In this document: positions 55,753-64,000 of the stretch, piece by piece
How the letters are laid out: each line of letters begins with the position of its first letter
Position numbering within the stretch: the stretch's first letter is position 1
Origin: Candidatus Omnitrophota bacterium
GTDB taxonomy: Bacteria > Omnitrophota > Omnitrophia > Omnitrophales > Aquincolibacteriaceae
Direction of reading: 5' to 3'
Length of the DNA: 64,000 nucleotides
Assembly (NCBI GenBank): GCA_022709525.1
Contig: JAKLIQ010000001.1
Span: forward strand, 3,797-67,796
The notes under the pieces: generated by a model
What the model saw: only the letters and a program-made list of their open reading frames with translations
What the model was told of the DNA's origin: nothing
Database searches by the model: none
Translations under genes and position numbers: made by a program

Positions 55753-56628
55753 ATGAACCACATCACGATCCAAAGTCCGGCCAAATTAAATCTCCACCTC
55801 CGGATCCTCGGCAAGCGGCCGGACGGCTATCACGAACTTTTGACGCTTTTTCACCGCATTTCGCTCGCCGACACGATCCGGATCCGAAAATCCCAGAAAG
55901 GTTTTAAACTCACCACGAATATCCGCTCGCTTGAGACCGGGGAGGGGAATCTCATCACGAAGGCCTATCGGCTGCTTCAAAAAAAATTCCCCAAACTCGG
56001 GGGAGTTTCCGTTCAACTCGCCAAGCGTATTCCCTTGGGCGGGGGGCTCGGCGGCGGTTCCAGCAACGCGGCATTTTTCCTTTTAGGGATGAAAAAGCTT
56101 TTCAACCTCAAGATCCCGCGCGCCGAACTTATAACCATGGGAAAGAAACTTGGCGCCGATGTGCCGTTTTTTCTCTCTCAATCGGCGCAGGCCGAAGCCT
56201 GGGGGATCGGCGAAAAGATGAGGAGAGTTCCTTCTGGCCGCCGGCTTTGGTTTCTCTTACTCGTTTCAGACCAAGGACTTAACACCAAAAAAGTGTATCA
56301 AAACCTTGCTTGGGCCGGCCGGCCCCTTTCCTTGACAAAGGAGAGGGGTATTGTTAGAATCCTTCGCTCTTTTCTCGAAAAAAATAAGATACGGGAAGCT
56401 TCAGAATTTGCGCGAAATGATCTGGGATCTCCGGCGTTTCGCTTGATGCCGTCCATCCCCAAAGCCATTGCGGTCCTTAAAGATCTAGGTGTTCCTTGGG
56501 TTCTTATGAGCGGGAGCGGACCGACCGTTTTTGCGGTTTTTTCGAGCCGGAAAGAGGCCGTAAGAGCGGCAAAAAAGTTGGCGACGGTGCCCGTCCCCTA
56601 CCGGAAAGTGATCTGTCATTCTTTTTAA
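55753..56628 (+). CDS. ispE: 4-diphosphocytidyl-2-C-methyl-D-erythritol kinase
   Basis: …PAKLNLHLRILGKRPDGYHEL…; GHMP kinase motif PLGGGLGGGSSNAA. Confidence 0.85.
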   Translation: MNHITIQSPAKLNLHLRILGKRPDGYHELLTLFHRISLADTIRIRKSQKGFKLTTNIRSLETGEGNLITKAYRLLQKKFPKLGGVSVQLAKRIPLGGGLGGGSSNAAFFLLGMKKLFNLKIPRAELITMGKKLGADVPFFLSQSAQAEAWGIGEKMRRVPSGRRLWFLLLVSDQGLNTKKVYQNLAWAGRPLSLTKERGIVRILRSFLEKNKIREASEFARNDLGSPAFRLMPSIPKAIAVLKDLGVPWVLMSGSGPTVFAVFSSRKEAVRAAKKLATVPVPYRKVICHSF

Positions 56629-56662
56629 GTTTCAGGATCCGGACGCGTTCTGAGAAGTTTAT

Positions 56663-56735
56663 TGCCCCGTGGTGAAATTGGATATCACACTGCCCTTTGG
56701 AGGCAAGGTTTCTGGTTCAAGTCCAGACGGGGCAG
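56663..56735 (+). tRNA. tRNA-Gln (anticodon UUG), no encoded CCA
   Basis: Hand-folded cloverleaf. Acceptor TGCCCCG/CGGGGCA (U1:A72, G73, as in tRNA-Gln). D-arm GTGA-AATTGGATA-TCAC. Anticodon stem CTGCC/GGCAA with one C.A mismatch. Loop CTTTGGA. T-arm TCTGG-TTCAAGT-CCAGA. Confidence 0.65.
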
Positions 56736-56824
56736 TTGCACCATTGTGCAACTACGGTGCCGTGACGGTTCAAGGATAACCGTCTACGACACTGCAGTTC
56801 AATCGCAATGTTAGAGGAAATAAG

Positions 56825-57736
56825 ATGCTCGACAAGATGAGGGATAAAACAAAGGAAGTGATCGCGGCGTATGTGTTCCTGGCGCCGAACCTGCTTGGAT
56901 TCCTTCTTTTTACCTCGATCCCGGTCTTGGCCTCTCTTGGCCTTAGTTTCGTGAAATGGGATCTTTTGTCGGATGGCCCGCAATTCACAGGGCTTAAGAA
57001 TTTCATCGATCTGGTGCGCGACCCCTTTTTCCTGAAATATTGCTGGAACACGCTTTACCTGATGCTTTCGATCCCGATCAGCATGGCGGGATCGCTTTTG
57101 CTGGCGATCGCGCTCAATCAGAAGCTCAAGGGCACGGTCATTTTCCGGACCGTTTATTTTCTGCCGACGATCTGTTCCGGCGTCGCGATCTTCATGCTCT
57201 GGCGGTTGATCTATAATCCGAATTTTGGCCTTCTAAACACCATGATCGCCGAGTTCGGCGACGCGCTCCGCCTGAAGCTTGCCGGGCCCAACTGGCTGAC
57301 GGATGAGGCGTGGGCGAAGCCGGCTTTTATCATCATGAGCGTCTGGCAATCGATCGGCGGCTATAACATGATCCTTTATCTCGCGGCGCTGCAGGGCGTG
57401 CCGCGCGACCTTTACGACGCGGCGGAAGTGGACGGCGCCAACAGCTGGCAGAAATTCTGGGCCGTGACGTGGCCGCAGATCTCGCCGACAACTTTTTTTA
57501 TCGCGACCATGAGCTTGATCGGCGGGTTCCAGGCGGGGTTTGACCAGGCCTACATCATGACGGGCGGCGGACCGAACGGGTCCACGACGACGATCATTTA
57601 CTATATTTTCAATAACGCCTTCGAATGGTACCGCATGGGTTACGCTGCGGCCATTTCGTGGGTCTTGTTCCTCATCATTTTTATCGTGACGGTCGTGAAG
57701 TGGAAATTTTTCGGTAAGAACGTTCATTACGCCTAG
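56825..57736 (+). CDS. carbohydrate ABC transporter permease (MalF/UgpA-like)
   Basis: EAA-like loop …DAAEVDGANSWQKFWAVTWPQISP…; 6 TM. Confidence 0.8.
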   Translation: MLDKMRDKTKEVIAAYVFLAPNLLGFLLFTSIPVLASLGLSFVKWDLLSDGPQFTGLKNFIDLVRDPFFLKYCWNTLYLMLSIPISMAGSLLLAIALNQKLKGTVIFRTVYFLPTICSGVAIFMLWRLIYNPNFGLLNTMIAEFGDALRLKLAGPNWLTDEAWAKPAFIIMSVWQSIGGYNMILYLAALQGVPRDLYDAAEVDGANSWQKFWAVTWPQISPTTFFIATMSLIGGFQAGFDQAYIMTGGGPNGSTTTIIYYIFNNAFEWYRMGYAAAISWVLFLIIFIVTVVKWKFFGKNVHYA

Positions 57737-57743
57737 GATCCTT

Positions 57744-58700
57744 ATGGGACATCACATTGATTCGCTGATCCAACAGGAAATGAAGCAGGAGATGGCCGCT
57801 TCTCCGTCTTTTTTCAGGAAAAAGAAAAAGGCCGCGGCCGTCATCGAACTTAAGGAAAGATCGCCCTTAAAACGCGCTTCTCAGCGCGCGGTGCTTTTTT
57901 TCGGGTTGCTTTTAGGCGCTATCAGCATGGCGGCCCCGTTCCTCTGGATGGTTTCAACATCGCTTTCCGAGCCGGCCCAGATCTTCGCCGAGAACCGTCC
58001 CTGGTGGCGGGAATGGCTCCCGACGACTTTTGTTTGGCAGAACTATGTCAAGGTGTGGGATGTCGTGCCGTTCGCGCGGTTTTACCTGAACTCGATCTTT
58101 GTGAGCCTTTGCATCACGTTCGGGCAGGTGGCCACAAGCGCCATGGCGGCCTACGCGTTCGCGCGCTTGAGATTCCCGGGCCGCGACAAGCTTTTTTTCG
58201 GTTATCTCGCGACGATGATGATTCCGGGCGCCGTCACGATGATCCCGGTTTTCATCCTGCTGCGGCATTTCGGCTGGATCGACACCTACAAAGCACTGAT
58301 CCTGCCGGGTATCTTCACCGCCTACGGGACTTTTATGCTGCGGCAATTCTTTTTGACATTACCCAAGGACCTTGAAGACGCGGCGAAGATCGACGGCTGC
58401 TCGTACCGCCGGATCTTCTGGCATATCATCCTGCCGCTTTCAAAGCCGGCCTTGGCGACACTGACGACTTTTACTTTCATGGGTTCCTGGATGAACCTGA
58501 TGTGGCCCCTGATCGTGGTCAATACGCACACAAAATACACGCTGCCTGTGGGTTTGGCTTATTTCCAAGGCGTGCACGGCACGGATTGGACGCTTCTTAT
58601 GGCCGCGTCCATGATGATGATCCTGCCGATCCTGATCGTCTTTTTATTCAATCAACGGTTCTTCGTCGAAGGTATCAAGCTGACGGGGATCAAGGGCTAA
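57744..58700 (+). CDS. carbohydrate ABC transporter permease (MalG/UgpE-like)
   Basis: …EDAAKIDGCSYRRIFWHIILPLSKPAL…; 6 TM. Confidence 0.8.
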   Translation: MGHHIDSLIQQEMKQEMAASPSFFRKKKKAAAVIELKERSPLKRASQRAVLFFGLLLGAISMAAPFLWMVSTSLSEPAQIFAENRPWWREWLPTTFVWQNYVKVWDVVPFARFYLNSIFVSLCITFGQVATSAMAAYAFARLRFPGRDKLFFGYLATMMIPGAVTMIPVFILLRHFGWIDTYKALILPGIFTAYGTFMLRQFFLTLPKDLEDAAKIDGCSYRRIFWHIILPLSKPALATLTTFTFMGSWMNLMWPLIVVNTHTKYTLPVGLAYFQGVHGTDWTLLMAASMMMILPILIVFLFNQRFFVEGIKLTGIKG

Positions 58701-58703
58701 GCC

Positions 58704-59954
58704 ATGGAAGCGATCGTCCTCGCGGCCGGAAAAGGGACGCGGATGTGTTCCGAGCTTCCGAAAGTCCTGCATCCGGTGTTCGGGAAACCCGTACTGGGGC
58801 TTGTCCTTGAGACGCTCGCCGCGGCCGGGATCAAGAGCCCGCATGCGGTAATCGGTTATAAAGCCGAAGAAGTCCGTTCTTTCTTAAAGCCTTACGGCGC
58901 GGTCGCGGTGCTTCAGCGCGAGCAGAAGGGAACGGGCCACGCGGTCCTGATGGCCAAGGCCGCTTTAAAAACCGCGCAGGGGCCGGTCTTGATCTGTCCG
59001 GGGGATATGCCGCTCGTGAAGGCGGAGACGCTTAAGGAATTTTTCGCGGCGCATCAAAAGTCAAAGGCGCATGTGAGCGTTCTCTCCTGCGAAAGCGAGG
59101 ACCCTCGCGGCTACGGAAGGATCGTGCGCGAAGACGGCCGTTTTGCTTCGATCCGGGAAGAGCTGGACGCGACGCCCGAAGAGCGCGCGATCACGGAAAT
59201 CAATACCGGTGTTTATCTTTTTGATAAAAAAGTTTTGTTCGAGGGACTTGAGAAGATCGGAAAAGATAATCAGAAAGGCGAATATTACCTGACCGATACC
59301 ATCGAGATCCTCCGCCGCGAGGGCTATTGCGTGGAAGCGTTCCCGCTGGCCGGCGCGGAAGAAGGGCAGGGGATCAATTCCCAGAAAGATCTGGCGACCG
59401 TGACGAAAAAGATCAACGAACGGGAGATCGCGAAACATCAGGTCAAAGGCGTGACCTTCATGGCGCCGGACCAGACTTTTGTGGCGCCCGGCGTGAAGAT
59501 CGGTCAAGGCACGACGGTTTATCCGTGGTGTTATATCGAGTCCGGCGTGGAGATCGGCGCGCGGTGCGAGATCGGGCCGTTCGCGAAATTGCGGAAAGGA
59601 TCCGTCGTCGGCGACGGGTCGGTGGTCGGGAGTTTTGTCGAAGTGAACCGCACACAGATCGGCAAAAAGGTTCTGGCGAAACATCTGGCTTATTTAGGGG
59701 ACGCGGTGATCGGCGACGGTTCGAATATCGGGGCCGGAACGGTCACGGCAAATTTTGACGGGAAAAAGAAGCATCAGACCGCGATCGGAAAGAACGTCAA
59801 AGTTGGTTCGAATACGGTTTTCGTGGCGCCTGTCCGGGTTCCGGACGGAGTGACGACCGGCGCGGGATCCGTGGTGCTCCCGTCAACCAAGATCAAAAAA
59901 GGCGATGTGGTGGTCGGCGTTCCGGCCCGGCCCACGTCCAAGAAAAAAAGGTAA
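58704..59954 (+). CDS. glmU: bifunctional UDP-GlcNAc pyrophosphorylase / GlcN-1-P N-acetyltransferase-like
   Basis: MEAIVLAAGKGTRMCSELPKVLHPV… NTP-transferase domain plus C-terminal hexapeptide repeats. Confidence 0.8.
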   Translation: MEAIVLAAGKGTRMCSELPKVLHPVFGKPVLGLVLETLAAAGIKSPHAVIGYKAEEVRSFLKPYGAVAVLQREQKGTGHAVLMAKAALKTAQGPVLICPGDMPLVKAETLKEFFAAHQKSKAHVSVLSCESEDPRGYGRIVREDGRFASIREELDATPEERAITEINTGVYLFDKKVLFEGLEKIGKDNQKGEYYLTDTIEILRREGYCVEAFPLAGAEEGQGINSQKDLATVTKKINEREIAKHQVKGVTFMAPDQTFVAPGVKIGQGTTVYPWCYIESGVEIGARCEIGPFAKLRKGSVVGDGSVVGSFVEVNRTQIGKKVLAKHLAYLGDAVIGDGSNIGAGTVTANFDGKKKHQTAIGKNVKVGSNTVFVAPVRVPDGVTTGAGSVVLPSTKIKKGDVVVGVPARPTSKKKR

Positions 59955-59963
59955 GGTGTCCTT

Positions 59964-60950
59964 ATGGTGAAATTGACGAAGTCTCAGAAAAAACAGAACG
60001 GCGATATGGTTCTTTTGACGGGCAGCGCGCATCCGGAGCTCGCCCGCGAGATCGCCAAAAAACTCGGGATCCCCGTCGGCGATGTCCTGCTTGGGCGTTT
60101 CCCGGAAGGGGAGATCCAGCTTCAGATCCGCGATAATATCCGCGGCAAGGATGTTTTTATCGTCCAGCCGACCTGCACGCCGCCGAACGAGAGTCTGATG
60201 GAACTGTTGATCCTGATCGACGCCGCGCGCCGCGCTTCGGCGAAGCGGATCACCGCGGTACTTCCTTTCTTCGGCTATGCCCGTCAGGACCGCAAGGACC
60301 GCCCGCGCGTTCCGATCACGGCAAAACTTGTCGCGAACCTGATCGTAAGCGCCGGCGCCAACCGCGTTCTTACCATGGACCTTCATGCCGGACAGATCCA
60401 GGGATTTTTTGATATCCCGGTGGATCATCTTTATTCGATCAACGTTCTGGGCGGCTATTTCAAAAAGAAAAAACTCAAAGACCTCGTGGTTGTTTCCCCC
60501 GATGTGGGCGGCATCAAAATGGCGCGGGGCTATGCCAAACTTTTTGATTGCGACCTTGCGATCGTCGACAAACGCCGCGAAAGCGCGTCCCAGACGCATG
60601 TCATGCACATCATCGGTTCCGTAGCGGGAAAAAATGTCGTGATCGTCGACGACATGATCTCGACCGGCGGGTCGCTTGTGGAGGCGGCCAAAGCATTGAG
60701 GGAGGCCGGGGCAAAAGATATTTTCGCCACGATCGTGCACCCGGTCCTGGCCGGGAAGGCCGTGGAGAAGATCCGTAATTCCGTCATCAAAGAACTCATT
60801 GTGACGAACAGCATCCCGCTCGGCAAAGAGAAGCGGATCAAGAAGATCACGCAGCTTTCGATCGCCACGCTTTTAGCGGACGCGATCTGCCGGATCCACT
60901 ATAACGTTTCGATCAGCACGCTTTTTTCAGGCACAGGTGTTGAAGCATAG
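59964..60950 (+). CDS. prs: ribose-phosphate pyrophosphokinase
   Basis: …LLTGSAHPELAREIAKKLG…FPEGEI…; PRPP-binding motif …VVIVDDMISTGGS…. Confidence 0.9.
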   Translation: MVKLTKSQKKQNGDMVLLTGSAHPELAREIAKKLGIPVGDVLLGRFPEGEIQLQIRDNIRGKDVFIVQPTCTPPNESLMELLILIDAARRASAKRITAVLPFFGYARQDRKDRPRVPITAKLVANLIVSAGANRVLTMDLHAGQIQGFFDIPVDHLYSINVLGGYFKKKKLKDLVVVSPDVGGIKMARGYAKLFDCDLAIVDKRRESASQTHVMHIIGSVAGKNVVIVDDMISTGGSLVEAAKALREAGAKDIFATIVHPVLAGKAVEKIRNSVIKELIVTNSIPLGKEKRIKKITQLSIATLLADAICRIHYNVSISTLFSGTGVEA

Positions 60951-61072
60951 ATCGACCCCGTTAGAAGCTTTGCCAGCTCTTTGGGGGTCGTGTCGGTATT
61001 TAAAAGTGAATAAAAATCAACAAGCCTTAATAAGGCATTTAAGCCTCTAACGGGGCAGGAGAGGAATTTTCG

Positions 61073-61810
61073 ATGCAGACTTTTGAATTGCAAGCCAAAT
61101 CCAGAACCCCGGATGGGACCCGCAAGGCGCGCGCCGTCCGCCGCAATGAGATGCTCCCGGCCGTTGTGTACGGCCACGGTATGAAACCTCTTGCGATCGA
61201 AGTGCCGGAACGAGCGTTCCTCAAGGCCATCCACACCAAGGCCGGCGAAAACGTGTTGATCACGCTCCAGGTCGAAGGTGTTAAATTGAAAGAGTCGACC
61301 TGCCGTATCAAGGATATTCAACAGAACCCGGTCACCGACAAGATCGATCACATCGATTTCATGGTCATTTCGCTTACCGAAAAGATCACGGTCAAAGTGC
61401 CCGTAGTCCTTCTGCATGTCGAAGACGCTCCGGGCGTCAAAGAAGGCGGATCGATCGACCTGGTGCACCGTGAGATCGATGTCGAATGTCTTCCGACGCA
61501 GATCCCGGAAAAAGTTGAGATCGACGTAAAGCCGATGAAGATCAATGACGCCGTTCACGCGAAGGAATTGTCCCTTCCCGAGGGGGTCAAATGCCTCCTT
61601 CCGCTGGACGAGGTGGTTTTTGCGATCCACCCGCCGCGCGAAGAAGAGGTGAAGCCCGCCGAAGAAGGGGCGGCCGCCGAACCGGAAGTCATCGAAAAAG
61701 GAAAGAAGGAAAAAGAAGGCGAAGAGGGCGCTCCTGCCGCCGCGAAACCCGCCTCAGCTCCGGCCGCGGGAAAACCCGCCGCTCCCGCCGCAGGCAAAGA
61801 AGGAAAGTAG
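61073..61810 (+). CDS. rplY: 50S ribosomal protein L25 / general stress protein Ctc, with an Ala/Pro/Lys-rich C-terminal tail
   Basis: …RKARAVRRNEMLPAVVYGHG… is the L25 N-terminal domain plus a Ctc-type extension. Confidence 0.8.
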   Translation: MQTFELQAKSRTPDGTRKARAVRRNEMLPAVVYGHGMKPLAIEVPERAFLKAIHTKAGENVLITLQVEGVKLKESTCRIKDIQQNPVTDKIDHIDFMVISLTEKITVKVPVVLLHVEDAPGVKEGGSIDLVHREIDVECLPTQIPEKVEIDVKPMKINDAVHAKELSLPEGVKCLLPLDEVVFAIHPPREEEVKPAEEGAAAEPEVIEKGKKEKEGEEGAPAAAKPASAPAAGKPAAPAAGKEGK

Positions 61811-61866
61811 TTTCCGATCTCCCGGCCGGCCTCCTAAAGCCTGCCGGGAAGATCTTCGCGATTCTT

Positions 61867-62469
61867 ATGAAGCTTATCGTCGGACTTGGAAATCCCGGGG
61901 ACGAATACGCGAGAACGCGGCACAATATTGGCCGGCGTCTCATGGAATTCATTGCGGCGCGGGAAAAGGTCAAATTCGCTTCCAAGCGCGCGCAAAGATC
62001 TGCCGTCGCATCCTGTTCCTGGAACGGCGAAACCGTTCATCTGGCCTATCCGGCAACCTACATGAATCTTTCCGGCGAACCGGTTTCTTTGCTTGCGAAA
62101 TATTTCAAAATCGAGATCGCACGAGACCTTTTGATCGTGGTGGACGATGCCGCGCTCCCTTTCGGAAAGCTGCGGCTCCGGGGAGACGGAAGCGCGGGCG
62201 GGCACAACGGTCTTGCTTCGATCGAGGAGCGGTTGCATACGCGCGCATACCCGAGACTTCGCTTAGGGATCGGCATTTTGGACGGCGGAAAGAACGCCCA
62301 TAATGCGGACACGGGCGAGCCCCTTCGGGATTATGTTCTTTCCGGATTTGAATCGTCGGAAGAGAAGGCTATGGAAGCTTTTCTTGGGTCTGGGATGGAA
62401 GCGTGCCGTCTCTGGGCTTTGGGATCCATCACCCAGGCCATGAATGAGGTCAACGCGGCCCGCAGCTAG
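61867..62469 (+). CDS. pth: peptidyl-tRNA hydrolase
   Basis: MKLIVGLGNPGDEYARTRHNIG… at 61867 within ORF 61591..62469. Conserved …HNG…. Confidence 0.9.
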   Translation: MKLIVGLGNPGDEYARTRHNIGRRLMEFIAAREKVKFASKRAQRSAVASCSWNGETVHLAYPATYMNLSGEPVSLLAKYFKIEIARDLLIVVDDAALPFGKLRLRGDGSAGGHNGLASIEERLHTRAYPRLRLGIGILDGGKNAHNADTGEPLRDYVLSGFESSEEKAMEAFLGSGMEACRLWALGSITQAMNEVNAARS

Positions 62470-62733
62470 CCGTTTTTTTTGGTTTTTTATCAAACAAGAA
62501 TCAAGGCCTGTTATGCCCTTACTTCTAAAGCGGAAGATTGGCAGAGCAGGTCTTGATAACCTTGGGCCTTTTTATCAAACAAGAATCAAGGTTGCTCACG
62601 CGCGACATTTATGTTACATTGTCTCCTCTTTCAGCCGCTTTGAAGGGCTGAAAACTTCATAACTTCTTCTGTAGCTTCTGCTTACGAGACTTACGGGAAA
62701 GGTTATCGTTTAAATCCAGTATTAAGGGAGTGT

Positions 62734-63075
62734 GTGATGAAAAAATACGAAGGCCTATTTATTTTTCCGCCGGAAACTTCCGGCGAAGGACATAAAGACC
62801 CCGCTTCAGAAGTCGCGAAATGGATCGAGAAGTTCCAGGGGAAAGTGGTCCAGAAGACCGATCTCGGCAAAAAACAGCTCGGCCATATGATCCGGAAATA
62901 CAAAGAGGGAAGAACGCTCGTGGTTGAATTTGAGATGGACCCTTCCCGCACACAGGATTTCCGCAAGGAGCTCGAGCTTCAGGAAAATCTTTTAAAATAC
63001 ATGGTGAGCGTCGCCGTAAAAAAACCGTCGCTGCCGCCGGTGACAGCCGCCTCTTCCGTGCCGCCCAAAGCATAA
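62734..63075 (+). CDS. rpsF: 30S ribosomal protein S6
   Basis: MKKYEGLFIF.P…. Confidence 0.85.
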   Translation: MMKKYEGLFIFPPETSGEGHKDPASEVAKWIEKFQGKVVQKTDLGKKQLGHMIRKYKEGRTLVVEFEMDPSRTQDFRKELELQENLLKYMVSVAVKKPSLPPVTAASSVPPKA

Positions 63076-63105
63076 CCCGTTTAACGCAAAAACATCAGGT
63101 GACCT

Positions 63106-63591
63106 ATGGCCGTCAGTTTAAATAAAGTCATGTTGATCGGAAATCTCACCCGGGACCCGGAGCTTCGTTACATCCCTTCGGGCCAGGCCGTGACGACTTT
63201 TACGATCGCCGTCAACCGCACCTTCAACTCGAAAGCCGGGGAGAAGAAAGAAGAAGTTTGTTTTATCCGGATCGTGGTCTGGGCGCGCCTTGCGGAGATC
63301 TGCAATGAATATCTTAAAAAAGGCCGCTCCGTGTTCGTGGAAGGAAGGATCCAGACCCGCAGCTGGGACGGCCCCGACGGCACGAAACGCTATTCCACCG
63401 AAGTGGTCGCCGAGAACGTCCAGTTCCTCGGTTCCAAACCCGGCGCCGGCAAGACTGAAGACGCCGATGTGCCCGTCATGGACGTCGACGACAGCATTTT
63501 TGAAGCGCCGGAAGGCAACGCGCCTTCCAAAAAGGGTTCCGTCTCCCTTTCAAAGGACGAACTTAAACCGGACGAAGAAATTCCCTTTTAA
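63106..63591 (+). CDS. ssb: single-stranded DNA-binding protein
   Basis: …LNKVMLIGNLTRDPELRY…; OB fold; acidic C-terminal tail …DEEIPF. Confidence 0.85.
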   Translation: MAVSLNKVMLIGNLTRDPELRYIPSGQAVTTFTIAVNRTFNSKAGEKKEEVCFIRIVVWARLAEICNEYLKKGRSVFVEGRIQTRSWDGPDGTKRYSTEVVAENVQFLGSKPGAGKTEDADVPVMDVDDSIFEAPEGNAPSKKGSVSLSKDELKPDEEIPF

Positions 63592-63612
63592 AATCAACCA
63601 GGTATAGGAACT

Positions 63613-63933
63613 ATGGAACCCAGATCTTTTTCATCAAGATTCTCAAAAGACGACAAGAAAAAACCTTTCGACAAGAACGCCCGCGGTGCCAAAAAAGGTG
63701 ACAAGAAATACGGCGCCTCCGACCGCGGTTCGCGCGCGCCGCGCAAACGCATGCGCCGCGTCCTGCCGCCGATGGACTACAAAGATACCGAAGCGCTCGG
63801 CAAATACATTACCGAAAAAGGCAAGATCCTTCCGCGCCGCATCACGCGATTAAGCTCGAAGGATCAGCGGACACTCACGCGTCTCATCAAAAGGGCGCGT
63901 CACTCGGGACTTTTGGCGTTCCAGGCCAACTAA
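63613..63933 (+). CDS. rpsR: 30S ribosomal protein S18
   Basis: …[32 protein letters not shown]…AIKRAR…. Confidence 0.85.
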   Translation: MEPRSFSSRFSKDDKKKPFDKNARGAKKGDKKYGASDRGSRAPRKRMRRVLPPMDYKDTEALGKYITEKGKILPRRITRLSSKDQRTLTRLIKRARHSGLLAFQAN

Positions 63934-63979
63934 CGGCCGGTTTCGGTTTATCGATCAAAAGAAAAAGGGGAATGGATCC

Positions 63980-64000
63980 ATGGAATTATTGCTCTTGAAA
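63980..64000 (+). CDS. rplI: probable start of 50S ribosomal protein L9 (partial, runs off the window)
   Basis: ATG behind AAAAGGGGA. MELLLLK… in the usual rpsF-ssb-rpsR-rplI order. Confidence 0.35.

Noticed and set aside
59883-61630. Minus-strand ORFs 59883-60740 and 60899-61630
   Set aside because: Antisense to prs and rplY. Asp/Arg-rich translations without motifs.
1-64000. CRISPR arrays, rRNA genes, transposase/integrase genes
   Set aside because: No regularly spaced identical repeats, no rRNA-like conserved blocks and no recombinase-like ORFs were seen. The repeat families present are short palindromic or heptameric elements, not CRISPR.

Overview
High-GC (~58-60%) bacterial chromosomal segment, densely coding, mostly + strand. 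Gene content (DUF134, NifX-like, C_GCAxxG_C_C, AmmeMemoRadiSam, D-LDH, FeoAB) suggests an anaerobic, possibly uncultured-lineage organism. Housekeeping genes include folD, panB, gatCAB, tsaD, hisG, ispE, glmU-prs-rplY-pth and rpsF-ssb-rpsR-rplI. Accessory content includes c-di-GMP signalling (a REC-GGDEF-MshEN fusion and an HD-GYP phosphodiesterase), a fur-feoAB iron uptake module, a split AmmeMemoRadiSam system, a Zur-like zinc island and an ACR3/TolC/RND efflux block. A minus-strand operon encodes minor (pseudo)pilins with three tandem PilX/GspK-like paralogs. The sequence also shows several small repeat families: a ~70-bp GGGACTCG inverted-repeat REP-like element at the 3' ends of genes, a CAGACYA heptamer repeat, and a GC-rich palindrome. 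The heptamer repeat and the GC-rich palindrome sit IN-FRAME inside the essential genes gatB and tsaD, reminiscent of Rickettsia palindromic elements. Two DUF134 HTH paralogs are each preceded by a related CATATG-centred 20-bp palindrome, and one is translationally coupled to an ACR3 arsenite pump. A Firmicutes-type Zur box lies upstream of a PTPS/QueD-like paralog in a low-GC island. A ~1.9-kb insertion interrupts gatCA | gatB and is flanked by a 29-bp direct repeat copied from the 3' end of gatA. One tRNA-Gln(UUG) was found; no CRISPR array or rRNA was seen.
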